Below, piece after piece: positions 11,773 through 25,864 of a stretch of 64,000 nt of DNA; the first letter of the stretch is position 1; each line of letters opens with the position of its first letter. Origin of the DNA: Bugula neritina (lineage: Eukaryota > Animalia > Bryozoa); NCBI GenBank assembly GCA_964035545.1, contig OZ037767.1, positions 17,295,781 to 17,359,780 of the forward strand. The letters run 5' to 3'. The translations under genes were made by a program, and so were the position numbers. Below the pieces are notes generated by a model. That model saw only the letters and a program-made list of their open reading frames with translations, was not told the DNA's origin and made no database searches.

Positions 11773-13530
11773 TCATACTATATATACACTATAGTATACT
11801 ATACTATGCTATATACACTGATTATACTGATCATACTATACACTAAAGTATACTATACTATGCTATACACTGATTATACTGATCATACTGTACACTAAAG
11901 TATACTATACTATGCTATACACTGATTATACTGATCATACTATACACTAAAGTATACTATACTATCCTATACACTGATTATACTGATCATACTATACACT
12001 AAAGTATACTATACTATCCTATACACTGATTATACTGATCATAATATACACTAAAGTATACTATACTATGCTATACACTGATTATACTGATCATACTATA
12101 CACTAAAGTATACTATACTATGCTATACACTGATTATACTGATCATACTATACACTAAAGTATACTATACTATGCTATACACTGATTATACTGATCATAC
12201 TATACACTAAAGTATACTATACTATGCTATACACTGATTATACTGATCATACTATACACTAAAGTATACTATACTATGCTATACACTGATTATACTGATC
12301 ATACTATACACTAAAGTATACTATACTATGCTATACACTGATTATACTGATCATACTGTACACTAAAGTATACTATACTATGCTATACACTGATTATACT
12401 GATCATACTATACACTAAAGTATACTATACTATCCTATACACTGATTATACTGATCATACTATACACTAAAGTATACTATACTATCCTATACACTGATTA
12501 TACTGATCATACTATACACTAAAGTATACTATACTATGCTATACACTGATTATACTGATCATACTATACACTAAAGTATACTATACTATGCTATACACTG
12601 ATTATACTGATCATACTATACACTAAAGTATACTATACTATGCTATACACTGATTATACTGATCATACTATACACTAAAGTATACTATACTATGCTATAC
12701 ACTGATTATACTGATCATACTATACACTAAAGTATACTATACTATGCTATACACTGATTATACTGATCATACTATACACTAAAGTATACTATACTATGCT
12801 ATACACTGATTATACTGATCATACTATACACTAAAGTATACTATACTATGCTATACACTGATTATACTGATCATACTATACACTAAAGTATACTATACTA
12901 TGCTATACACTGATTATACTGATCATACTATACACTAAAGTATACTATACTATGCTATACACTGATTATACTGATCATACTATACACTAAAGTATACTAT
13001 ACTATGCTATACACTGATTATACTGATCATACTATACACTAAAGTATACTATACTATGCTATACACTGATTATACTGATCATACTATACACTAAAGTATA
13101 CTATACTATCCTATACACTGATTATACTGATCATACTATACACTAAAGTATACTATACTATGCTATACACTGATTATACTGATCATACTATACACTAAAG
13201 TATACTATACTATCCTATACACTGATTATACTGATCATACTATACACTAAAGTATACTATACTATACTATACACTGATTATACTGATCATATTATACACT
13301 AAAGTATACTATACTATCCTATACACTGATTATACTGATCATACTACACACTAAAGTATACTATACTATGCTATACACTGATTATACTGATCATACTATA
13401 CACTAAAGTATACTATACTATGCTATACACTGATTATACTGATTATACTATACACTAAAGTATAGTATACTATGCTATACACTGATTATACTATACACTA
13501 AAGTATACTATACTATGCTATACACTGATC
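11773..13530. repeat. 52-bp minisatellite, ~34 copies (upstream of copy B)
   Basis: Same 52-bp unit. Period confirmed by identical lines at 12241 and 13021 (780 bp = 15 x 52). Confidence 0.95.
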
Positions 13531-13559
13531 ATATTATAAAAACAGGAAACGCTATAATA

Positions 13560-13760
13560 TAATGATGACCTATGTGTTAGTCATTAAACAGATTGTATTG
13601 TAGTCAAACTGTATTACGGCATTCCTTCATGCTGCTCACAAATGCCGCACGGTTAGATGCCAGCAGCGATGGCACGGACCAATCAACATCAAGCTCTCCT
13701 TTATAAGTTGGACATTCTGATTGCCCACACATTTGGTTACTGGGACTACTACTGAGCTTG
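13560..13760 (-). promoter_or_regulatory. Conserved non-coding block upstream of each gene copy (possible promoter)
   Basis: Relatively GC-rich block kept in all four units (~1570-1790, 13560-13760, 28410-28620, 44500-44710), with TATAAA on the minus strand (cctttataag) and CCAAT in B-D. Function is inferred from position only. Confidence 0.25.
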
Positions 13761-14129
13761 CTAATTTATAATTTTTAATATTATTGTTTAAACTTTTGTC
13801 TTGGTGTAATTGTAATTGTTTAGTATTGTAAATATAATTTCTCTTTCAAGGACTGCAATCCCAGTTCTTTCTCTCAAATACACAAAGAGTATACTTTAGC
13901 TAATTTACTAGACTGGTTCTTAGACAATCACTTTGATGTGTGAATCCAACTCAGTTCACATAATTTGAATCACTCAACATTAGAGTTTCTTATTTAGAAA
14001 ATTTTTCCGAGTAATATGATAAACTTCACTAATTATAATGAAGGTACATCTCTGTAACCATATATTACATCGACTATGTATATTGCAAAGTGATGTCTAC
14101 AATACATCCTACGGTATCCTTTGTATAAC

Positions 14130-14178
<49 letters not shown>

Positions 14179-14540
14179 TGGTAGTGGTAGTGGTAGTGGT
14201 AGTGGTAGTGGTAGTGGTAGTGGTAGTGGTAGTGGTAGTGGTAGTGGTAGTGGTAGTGGTAGTGGTAGTGGTAGTGGTAGTGGTAGTGGTAGTGGTAGTG
14301 GTAGTGGTAGTGGTAGTGGTAGTGGTAGTGGTAGTGGTAGTGGTAGTGGTAGTGGTAGTGGTAGTGGTAGTGGTAGTGGTAGTGGTAGTGGTAGTGGTAG
14401 TGGTAGTGGTAGTGGTAGTGGTAGTGGTAGTGGTAGTGGTAGTGGTAGTGGTAGTGGTAGTGGTAGTGGTAGTGGTAGTGGTAGTGGTAGTGGTAGTGGT
14501 AGTGGTAGTGGTAGTAGTAGTAGTAGTAGTAGTAGTAGTG
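14130..14540. repeat. Compound microsatellite (GTA)n(GTAGTG)n(GTA)n
   Basis: Paralog of 2162-2677 with identical flanks (ttgtataac / cactaatattactag). Confidence 0.97.
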
Positions 14541-14565
14541 CACTAATATTACTAGATTCACTATA

Positions 14566-15875
14566 GGGGTAACAGGGGCACAACGGGCCAAATTTCACAT
14601 TTTTCGCTCTCATTCGTCTGTTTTTCAAGTCACTAGTTCAATAATCTCTAGTCTTAATGCTGCATCTGTTGTCTATTACAGGTATCAGGTGTCAGCTTTC
14701 TATTTCTCTCACAACTTTCAGAATAATGAAGTTTTCATGATGAAAAACTCAGCCCGTTGTGCCCCGGTACCCGGGTACAATGGGCCACCGGGTGGGACAC
14801 AACAAATATATTGAAACTTTGCCGATTTTGTTGCATCCGCATGATCTTTACTTATTCAATATTATACAAGTAGACAAAGATATTCTTTCAGATCTACAGC
14901 AAAATTCATATTTTAGCTGTACAGTTTGTGCCACCACGGATAGCAGACAAAGGCAACATCAAATGCACATCACTCGGTTCTACGGTACCATTATCATTAC
15001 TGTTCAGAACTAAAATGTTTTTTTTATTTTGACTTTAAAGGAACTTTTATCAGAAAAAAACTTTAGTAACATGTATTACAAATTTCCGTGTGGACTTTTT
15101 TCTATGAACTGTAGCTAAAGTGAATGGCTCCGGTTTGTGGCTGGAGTATGGAACGGAGAGGGGGGAGGGAATGAGCAAACCACAATTTATTTTAGTCAAA
15201 TACATGAATATTCCCTCAATGATATAATATATAATAAATATCATGACTATCTACTAGTAGCAACAACAGAGTGTTTTGTATTATATGCATAAATCGCCAA
15301 AGCTTAAACCTCACCACTCACCAGATGTAAATATATTAGGGGAGCTTCACCTTGTAGTTTTGTATAGTCTTACCATGATGTCTTTGATATTTTACCGAAA
15401 GGTCAGAAATGGCTATATCTATGGATTTTATTAACTTTTCAACCAACTTTTTGGGCGAACAAACTAATAACACTGATCAGGGTGCAATAATCAAGTGGCC
15501 CATTGTGCCCCGGTAAGCGTGGCCCATTGTGCCCCGTGTGGCCAAATTGAAAACAAATGCGGCTCAAGAAAAATTTATTTCAGTGTTTGCTATTATACTA
15601 GTTAAGCAATGTAGAGACAAGCAATAGCAACAATATCAGGGAAATCTAGGCTTGTTGCATTTGAGTGTAAAAAGTTATAAAGCTTTAAAACAACATCCTA
15701 AAAAATTTACAAAAAGTAGGTGAAAACAGTTATTTACTCGCCTTTTCAACAATTATGTTCCGCAAGTGTTGAAACTACAATGGCTGAATAATTATGTCAA
15801 TACCTTTTTATGAAAATAAAATCACAACTCTAAGTCAATAAGTTCTTTCTCAATTTGGCCCGGTTTTTATACCCC
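14566..15875. mobile_element. Paralogous copy of the same TIR element (duplicated with the segment)
   Basis: Same ends and flanks as 2703-4108. It is 96 bp shorter because it has two rather than six 24-bp units. Confidence 0.6.
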
Positions 15876-15896
15876 TATGACTGTTGTGCCTCACTT

Positions 15897-18800
15897 TCCA
15901 CCACAGTATTTGTAATATATATAACTATATAGTAAGTATAGTATGTATTATATAATTATTATATAACTATAGCAAGTACATGTATTATATGACTGTAATA
16001 TAACTACATGTAAAGTAAGTGCATATGTATTATATAACTATTATAGAAAGTATATGTAACAAACAAAGATTACACAAGAGTGACTATTAGCAAATTCTTA
16101 GACAAACATTGTATGAAGTATAATATATTGGTTATTATATGTTCCACTCTTCTATTACACAGCAATATTATAAAGTAGTACAATAATTCACATATAAACA
16201 GCATTATATACTCACATATCTCTGTTAGCTTAATTATCCCTTGTACACTGTATGATGCATTATATCATGTATCTATAGCTGCAGTACTATGCTAACTGTG
16301 ACACCTATGTATACACAGCTATACTTTGTTTTCTCATAAACCAATCGGAAAGTTATTACCTCATACACTGGAAATACCAGTTTAATGGAAACCTCCATGG
16401 CTATTATACTTGTTCTGTGATCTGCTAAGGAATTCTGATCAATAACAAAATTATAGGAAGAATGGATTAGCGCATTGTATGCTTGGGTTGGGCTGCTAGG
16501 AGACATAAAAATATGTGTTCTGTATTTATGTCTAAGTCATAAGTATACAGTCTATGCAAACTCAGAACAATGTGACTATGAAATCCTTAGGCCTATTATT
16601 GGCTTATACATGGTTGCAAGGACATATAACATCAAGTGTTTCTGTGATTTGTTTATGCCAATTTATTTTTGATGTCTTATGTCTTTTATTGTGAATCTTA
16701 AATAAGTTGTTTTGTAACTTGCAAAATAGTTTAAACAATTCACATTATAAGATAAATGGTACTGGTTCAACTTTCCCACAGCTAGGTGGTTCAACTTGCT
16801 CCCTACTAGGGCGTGTTGTGCCCAAAAGTTGGCCATATCTTAGTCAGTGAAATATTTATGCATTTATTTTCAATGGACAAAGACAGCAACATGGGACTAA
16901 CTTTCATGGTGCTGATCTTTTTATTAGTATAGTAGTAGGGTACTAATATTACTAGAGTTACTATATACACTACATACTATTTTATGTCATATTAACTAAT
17001 TTACTAACTTCATATGGCAGTGACTATTCTATTATCATACTTGGTGGTTAGTCTGCCTGCAACTTTGTACACTGAAGTCCTAGAGTATCTCAATGAATAG
17101 TACGTATTTGTATTATGTAACTATAGTAAGTATAGTAGTAAATGTGAAAAAATAACTCTACTATGATAAAGGCATGAAAAGATAACTTTACTATAACACT
17201 TTCCACCACAGTATTTGTAATATATATTACTATGTTATAGTAAGTATTATAGTGTGTATTATATAACTATATAACTATAGCAATTACATGTATTATATGA
17301 CTGTAATATAACTACATGTATAGTAAGTGCATATGTATTATACAACTGTTATATGAAGTATATGTAACAAACAAAGATTACACAAGAGTGACTATTAGCA
17401 AATTCTTAGACAAACACTGTATGAATTATAATATATTGGTTTTTATATGTTCTACTCTCTTATTACACAGCAATTATAAAGTAGTACAATAATTCACATA
17501 TAAACAGCATTATATACTCACATATCTCTGTTAGCTTAATTATCCCTTGTACACTGTATGATGCATTATACCATGTATCTATAGCTGCAGTACTATGCAA
17601 ACTGTGACACCTATGTATACACAGCTATTTTGTTTTCTCATAAGTTACTCGGAAAGTTATTACCTCATACACTAAAAATTCCAGTTTACTGGAAGGCTCC
17701 ATGGCTATTATACTTGTGCTATGTGATCTGTTAAAAAAATCTGATCAATAATATTATCATAATAGTTATTGATTAGCACATATAGTATACTTGGGTTGGG
17801 TTGCTAGGAGACATGCAAAACATGTAATCTGTATTGTGTGTAAATCATGAGTATACAGTCTATGCAAACTCAGAACAATGTGACTATTAAATCCTTAGCA
17901 CTATTATTGGCTTATACATGGTTGTAATGACATATCACATCAAGTGTTTCTGTGATTTGTTTATGCCAATTTATTTTTGATGTCTTATGTTTTTTGTTGT
18001 GAATCTTAAATAAGTTGTTTTGCAACATGCAAAATAGTTTAGACAATTTATATTATAAGATAAATGGTACTGGTTCAACTTTCCCACAGCTAGGTGGTTC
18101 AACTTGCTCCCTACTAGGGCGTGTTGTGCCCAAAAGTTGGCCATATCTTAGTCAGTAAAATGTTTATGCATTTATTTTCAATGGACAAAGACAGCAGCAT
18201 GGGGATAACTTTCATGGTGCTGATCTTTCTATTAGTATAGTAGTAGGGTACTAATATTACTAGAGTTACTATATACACTCCGGACTATTTTATGTCATAT
18301 TAACAAATTTACTAACTTCATATGGTAGTGACTATTCTATTATCATACTTGGTGGTTAGTCTGTCTGCAACTTTGTACACTGAAGTCCTAGAGTATCTCA
18401 ATGAATAGTACGTATTTGTATTATGTAACTATAGTAAGTATAGTAGTAAATGTGAAAAAAAAACTCTACTATGATAAAGGCATGAAAAGATAACTTTACT
18501 ATAACACTTTCCACTGCAGTATTTGTAATATATATAACTATATAGAAAGTATAGTATGTATAATATAATTATATAACTATATAGCAAGTACATGTATTAT
18601 ATGACTGTTATATAACTATACATGTATAGTAAGTGCATAAGTATTATATAACTATTATAGAAAGTATATGTAACAAACAAAGATTACACAAGAGTGACTA
18701 TTAGCAAATTCTTAGACAAACAGCGTATGAAGTATAATATATTGGTTATTATATGTTCCACTCTTCTATTACACAGCAATTATAAAATAGTATAATAATT

Positions 18801-19210
18801 CACATATAAACAGCATTATATACTCACATATCTCTGTTAGCATAATTATCCCTTGTACACTGTATGATGCATTATACCATGTATCTATAGCTGCATTACT
18901 ATGCTAACTGTGACAGCTATGTCCTGTATACACAGCTATTTTGTTTTCTCATAAACCAATCGGAAAGTTATTACCTCATACACTAAAAATTCCAGTTTAC
19001 TGGAAGGCTCCATGGCTATTATACTTGTGCTACGTGATCTGTTAAATAATTCTGATCAATAATATTATCATAATAGTTATTGATTAGCACATATAGCATA
19101 CTTGGGTTGGGTTGCTAGGAGACATGCAAAATATGTATTCTGTATTGTGTGTAAATCAGGAGCTAGTGTATACAGTCTATTTAAACTTAGAACAATGTGA
19201 CTATTAAATC
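15897..19210. repeat. Local ~1.3-kb tandem duplication (2 full units + 1 partial) in the B-C intergenic region
   Basis: Anchor ttccac(ca/tg)cagtatttgtaatatata at ~15897, ~17201 and ~18510. The A-B intergenic region has only one equivalent (from ~4131). Confidence 0.85.
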
Positions 19211-19484
19211 CTTACTATTGGCTTTGAATACTAAACAAGAAAATTAGGCGGTGGATTGATGTGAGTTTCATGTTCCTACAATACTATTACAGAAATACAT
19301 ATACTGATGTATGTTATAACAGCCCTCTGTATAGTTGTATAATAACTATTCAATGGATTTCCTGCTCACTTATGTCAATATACAAGTTAATTGTATTAGA
19401 TTGTTATTGTAGACAAAAGAGATGGAGAATATATCTTATATTTTCACACGACATTGAATTGTATGACTCACTCAGTGTCTGCAA

Positions 19485-19597
19485 GGTAATAATGACACAG
19501 GTAATAATGACACAGGTAAGAATGGCACAGGTTATAATGGCACAGGTAATAATGACACAGGTAAGAATGGTGTAGGTAATTATGGTACAGGTCATAA
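19485..19597. repeat. 15-bp tandem repeat (aggtaataatgacac-like), ~7 copies
   Basis: Directly visible; ~3 copies at the paralogous site 5096-5145. Confidence 0.75.
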
Positions 19598-20299
19598 TAG
19601 AAAAAAATTCCGAAGTAGACAACAATGGCATATTTTAAATAATTATAGAACTTTGGAGTAGGAGTTTAGGGGTGTGAAATGGAGGATTTAGATTTGGGAA
19701 TGTTGGTTTAAGTTTGGGGTTGGAGTTTGCAAGTTGGGGGTGTGGTTTTGGGGTTTGGGTTTGTGAACATTTAACATCACTGCGCCATTTTGCCTATTTT
19801 TTCATTTTAGTCATTACTATACCTTTGCAATTTCAATTTTCACTTAACTTTGACTTACTGATGTAAGAATTCACTTCAACAATATAAAATCTTGATAAAA
19901 CTACTACCAAGTATCTATACACAGGCTTACAAGAGTATATAATTATGATTAAACTTTACCAAACTGGGAACTTCTAACTTTTAGAGCAGCAGATTTACAC
20001 ATGATGTAGTTGCTGACAGGGAAAAGCAGGTGGTTGACAGGAGTTCAAGTTATCTCCTCTGTATATATTATATAATATCTGTTTCTACTTTATGCAACTT
20101 TACAGACGACTAACAGTAAAAGTCATGTGAACCTCAGAGGTTAAGTATGTCCGATAATTGTTTAAACTTTGCTGTGTAAAGTTTTTGTGAGATACTTAGT
20201 TGAGTAACATATTAGTTTATTGGTGAAATATTTCAAGCATTGTGAAAAACTTACACAAATATTAATGAAGCAAAGTGAATGCAGTAACATAAAGATTTA

Positions 20300-20925
20300 T
20301 GATAAATGCGTGATAGAAACGTATATGATAAAGGAGTAACATAAACATATATGATAGATGAGTAATCTGAACATATATGATAAATTTAGTAAAATAAACA
20401 TATATGATAATTGCAGTAATATAAACTTTTATGACAAATAAGTAATATAAACATATATAATAAATAGGTAATATAAACATATATAATGAATGAGTAATAT
20501 AAATATAAATGGTATATCAGTAATATAAACATATATGATAAATGAATAATATAAACATATATGATAAATGAGTAATATAAACATATGTGATAAGGGAGTA
20601 ATATAAACATATATGATAAATGAATGATATAAACATATATGATAAACGAATAATATAAACATATATGATAAAGGAGTAATATAAACATATATGATAAATG
20701 AGTAATATAAACATATATAACGGATGAGTAATATCAACATATATGATAAATCAATAATATGAACATATATGATAAATCAATAATATGAAGATATATGATA
20801 AATGAGTAATATAAACATATATGATAAATGAATAATATAAACATATATGATAAATGAGTAATATAAACATGTATGATAAAGGAGTAATATAAACATATAT
20901 GATAAATGAGTAATATAAACACACT
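20300..20925. repeat. 26-bp minisatellite downstream of copy C
   Basis: Same unit as 5850-6395 with a few more copies. Only ~3 units are present at 38075-38160, downstream of copy D. Confidence 0.85.
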
Positions 20926-21255
20926 GGAATTAAACTTTGCTTCAAGTTTGGTGTAGTCAAAAATAGTAGGAAGAGTAGATAGTAAGAAACATCTGAAAGA
21001 ATGTCCCAGCTGTCAATATCATGTGATCATACAATAAAACATGCTGAAATAAATTGAATCATGTAAATACTTCATTTCATAACTGGAATACAGATATTAT
21101 GATGCAGCAATTTTATCCATGTAAATTCTGCAACATTCACTTCTGGACTCCTAAATGTCATAGGAAAACTGTTTGTTATAAATTAGATATTTTGAGAAGT
21201 TCTGAACAAATGAAGATAGTCTGCGTATACGTCAATATAGTTCACAATTCTCCCA

Positions 21256-24200
21256 TCACTTCTTCATTCCAAATATAGTAAGTCTTCCAGCTTTGGCTGC
21301 TTCTTTAACTTTAGACCAATCAGTGAGCTCTTCACACTGAGATCCAAGTGCAGACAACCCTCCTTTCTTTGAACTGTCCATCCAGTTTCCAACAACCTGT
21401 ATAAAGTGTCAACAAGGTGTCAGTATAACACCATAGTGTCTGCATCGTACAAGAGAAAGAAAATACAACAATTACGGTGTGAAAAAACGTTTACTAGAAT
21501 AAAGAAACTCAGATATAAACTCACACACATAATCTACATGATAAACTAATGGCCATGTATAACAAAGGGAACACAACTCTTAACACAATATATAAAATGG
21601 AGTACAAGACAAAACCTCATCTAACTTGTCTTTATCCAGTACACTCAGATAGTAGATGTATCTGAATCTATCAATAGTTTTACGGCATTTCCCTGTTGGT
21701 TTAAGAGCATCATGTATAGATTTGGCTCTCTTACTAGTAAGTTGATTATGTACATATTCCATCAACTTTATAGCCTGTTCTGGTGTTTGTACTGCAAGGA
21801 ACACAGGGTAAAATGTAAATACTTAGAATACAATACACAATATCTTTGTACACAATGATATGAAGGTGACAGCGGGTATTTGGTTTATAGCTGCATAGAG
21901 AACGATATGTCAATATATAAAAAGAAATTAAGACAATACAATTACTGTTGATGACAGAATGTGTGGGTAGACTGTAATACACTATTGAGAGGTGTCTCAC
22001 CATATTGGAAACTAGTTGCTACATTAGAAGTGGAGGGTGTATTGTTAAGAGCCGGAGTATCACAGACTCTCTCTAAAACATAACAGAATAAAAGTTTGAC
22101 ATTGGAATCACCCAACTTTGTATGATTTTGCTCCAGCTGTTCTAGTTTGTCACAACAGCATGTCATATGCTAGTTAGAATATGAACTACATAGAAATATG
22201 CTCCTGTAATAACAATTATATTATATTGAATACTAACTAACTATAGGAACGTACTGACATATAGCTGTGTATAAATCTCATCAGTAAATTCCCCAATATC
22301 TTTACATGTATGTATATATATGATCCCAGAAGTAGTGTAATTACTAACTCATTACTTTAACCAACCTGTTACTAGAGTTCTTTGATCTCCAACAACTACA
22401 GAGAATGGAATATCCACTTCACCAAGCATGATTGAGTCAGTGTACTCATAAAGTTCTAGAATAATAATCACAATGAGTTTATAACTGAGAGAGATATGAT
22501 GTGTAATATAATAGCATATGATGAATAGCATATATCAGATAGTTGAAGATATGTATATCCAGCTAGGTTTAGTAAGACTTTACCATCATGTAGAACAAGA
22601 CATGTGACTCCAGGTCCACATTCCTTTCCAATCAGAAAGAGAAAACTCTCAATTGTCATGTCATCTCTGAATGGGAATATCTTGTTCTGAGATTTGATTT
22701 TCAAAGTGAGTTTATTGTATCTGACAGCACCTGTACCAGTCATATGAAACAGAATTATAACTAAGTTCAATAGAGTAACAAAATAGCAATAATAGAAAAA
22801 TTACCAATCAAATGAAGTCACTCACATTGAGTTGTGACGTCAGGGATAGTCTGCTCAGGTGTGACATCCATATCCTGAAGTAGTCCCACAGTCTCGGGTA
22901 CTTCCTGTGATGAAGGCTCTGTACTAACTAGTGTTTGAGTATCTTGTACATGTGGTGGTTCAGAATACTCAGTGGTCATAGGAAAGTCACCATTGCCAGC
23001 ATCTGTATCAGCATAATAGATGTCAATGACAATAAAACATTAACTGTTTTAGGATTATCACTACATGTTTTGTTTTGCAATTGAAATTGGAAGTTGTATG
23101 AAACACATCGCATGTTTATGACAATGCAATAGCTATTCCATTCCCTGCTTTTTAACTCCAAAGATAATATTCCAAGTATTTATTCCAAAAGATAGAATAT
23201 AACATACCCATGCTTCTAGAGACTTTGGATGTTGAAAGGAATACATCATTATAGAGTGGTCTTTTACTTCTAGATGGTGTGTCTGACTTGTTACTCAGTG
23301 TAGTAACTCGAACAGACGAAGTGCTCTCTTGTGATGGAGGTACTGAACTACTGCTCTCATTGGCTGTGGTATGTGATGTCAAGGTCACTGGTACAGATGT
23401 CAGAGAAGATACATTCTCACTAAAAGATGAGTCACTGAGACCAAGCTGTGACACTGGATGATGAAACTGAGAGTTGGAGTTCTGCCAGTTGTTGAGTGTC
23501 GGATTAGCCTCTGGTAGAGCTGCTGGTTGCATATCTGTGTACTCCTTCAGTGTTGGTGTGGGCTGTGAGATGTTGGCATTGTCGCACAGTGAGTGCGAAA
23601 GGAATGAAAAAGGTTTATTGCTAAGATGTGGAGGATTGAAAGGTGAATATTCCAGGGAATGTCGGAAGGGTGAAGCATTCTCTAGAGTAAATCGAGAGGG
23701 TAGACTGGTGTGGCTGGCTGGTGTTGGTGTCCACTGTGGAGTAGAAGGTGTGGGTTGGGCTGGTTGCGTGGTGGAATAGTTTGACAGACTCAGCTGTGGT
23801 GGGACTTGCAGGTTACTTTGTATTGGTATAGTCAAGTCAAGGAGAGATGGTTGAAGATCCAAAGGAAGTGAATCGTGCTGGTCAGTTACTGGTTGAGGTG
23901 TGAACCATCTGGAAGGTTCTAAAGAGCCAGACTCAGCAGGCATCTGGTGATTGTATGTTGAGTTGTTGTTTTCCAATAAGCTATTGGCTGCTTGAATCTC
24001 TAAAATATAAAATATATTGCATTTCCTGAGGTAATTTTAAAGGCTGTGAGTAACTATACAAGCATTTTCTTTCCCCAAGACATTTTACCAATATATATTA
24101 CCGAACCAAGTTTAAAATTTTTCAGCTAACTCATAATCTATTAGCTGTATAAAACAAATTATTAGCATTGAGATAAAATTAAATATTCTTGTTCTCCGTC

Positions 24201-25661
24201 ATCTATGATTAGCAATTGGTAGTTTATTTATTCATAATTCCATTCAAGTTCATAATTAGAATTGTTACAATTATAGTTTGCAGTATTTTCAACTGAATAT
24301 TATTAGCTATGAATTCTAGTATTATTCCACCCATGTAACTGTACCAGTATATCAGACAGAGAGGAACATTTTGTTGGCTAGACAGAAGTTCATGACAGAT
24401 GATTATAGATAATATTACTTGGTTAAACAGATAAAGCTGATGAGAGAAGACAACTACAGATAATATCAAATGAATGATTATTTAAATATGCAGTGTATAG
24501 CAGCAACACTGTTAACGTTATTATGTTACAAGTCATTGGTGAGCATAGATGTACATGAACTTAAGTCACTATATGGAAGGAAATATCATCTTAAATAACA
24601 GAACGGCTAGACATTCATCAGCTAAAAGGAACATATTATTAGATTTTGTATTGTCTAGATTTTCTGCCATAAAGCTGTCTTTGAAACACAAATTAATGTA
24701 AATCTGAAAAGTTGACCTCACCTTGATATCTGTGTTCTGCTTCATCCTGACACTGTTTAAGGTAAGACACAGTGTTTGTATTTCCTCTTCTTTTTGCAAC
24801 ACTTAAAGAAGTCTCATTTATTGTGTTGTGAGTTTGGAGTAGCTCTAGTTGCTGTTTAGCAATAAGTTTATCCATCATTAGTTGGATCTTTTGTGTGTGA
24901 CCTCCCAATGCTGCATTGTGTATAGCTGTATTACCATCACTACTCTGTATCTTGAGTAGCTCAACCTTCTGATCTACTGATACACCATCTAGTAGATATT
25001 TGATGGTGTCTGTATGACCTTCCCATGCTGCACTGTGTATAGCTGTATTAGCATATTTATTCTGTATTTTGAGTAGCTCCACCTTCTGAGCTACTGATAC
25101 ACCATCTAGTAGATATTTGATGGTGTCTGTATGATCTTCGAATGCTGCCTCATGTATAGCTGTATCACCATAACTACCCTGTATCTTGAGTAGCTCCACC
25201 TTCTTCTCTACTGATGATACACCATCTAGTAGATATTTGATAGTGTGTGTATCACCTATCCATGCCGCAAGAAGTATTGCTGTATAATCATCACCATTCT
25301 GTGTCTTGAGTAGCTCAATTTTCTGATGTACTGATACACCATCTAGTAGGTATTTGATGGTCTCTGTATGACCTCTCTTGGCTGCATTGTGTATAGCTGT
25401 ACTACCATCACTACTCTGTATCTTGAGTTGCTCCACCTTCTGATCTACTGATACACCATCTAGTAGGTATTTGATAGTCTCTATATGACCTCTCTCAGCT
25501 ACACTCTGTAGTGTGTTTTTCTCCCTCAACAGTCTACATCTCTTTTCTATTGACACATGTGGAAGACAGAGTTTTAAGCTTTTGATAATGTTGACCTCTT
25601 TAGATCGACCTCTTTTTATTTTCAATAATGTCTCTTGCAGCTTCTGTGTATGTTTCAACAT
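21256..25661 (-). CDS. Copy C: 8-exon gene, ~844 aa, same architecture with 5 internal ankyrin repeats
   Basis: Exons 25661-24722, 23999-23208, 23002-22826, 22730-22584, 22455-22366, 22072-22001, 21791-21616, 21396-21256 (2535 nt). Exons 2-8 have the same lengths as in copy B and the splice sites are conserved. The exon 7 donor is weaker (GTTTTG). Confidence 0.82.
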
Positions 25662-25864
25662 TTTTATTTCTAAAATTATTATTTTAAAAACATTCAGCAA
25701 CATGATATACAAAGGGTACGTTTTGTGTCACTTTGAGTTTGCCAATTTTTATTATTTATAATATACAATTTTTTGTCACAAGCCTTTTGCTACATACACA
25801 TTATACAGTATATATAAACATACTATATACTATACACTAAAATATACTATAATTATATCATGTA

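Noticed and set aside
11773-13530. Regular repeat arrays (52-bp, 41-bp, 24-bp) as a possible CRISPR array
   Set aside because: Head-to-tail units with no unique spacers, no cas genes, and a eukaryotic context.
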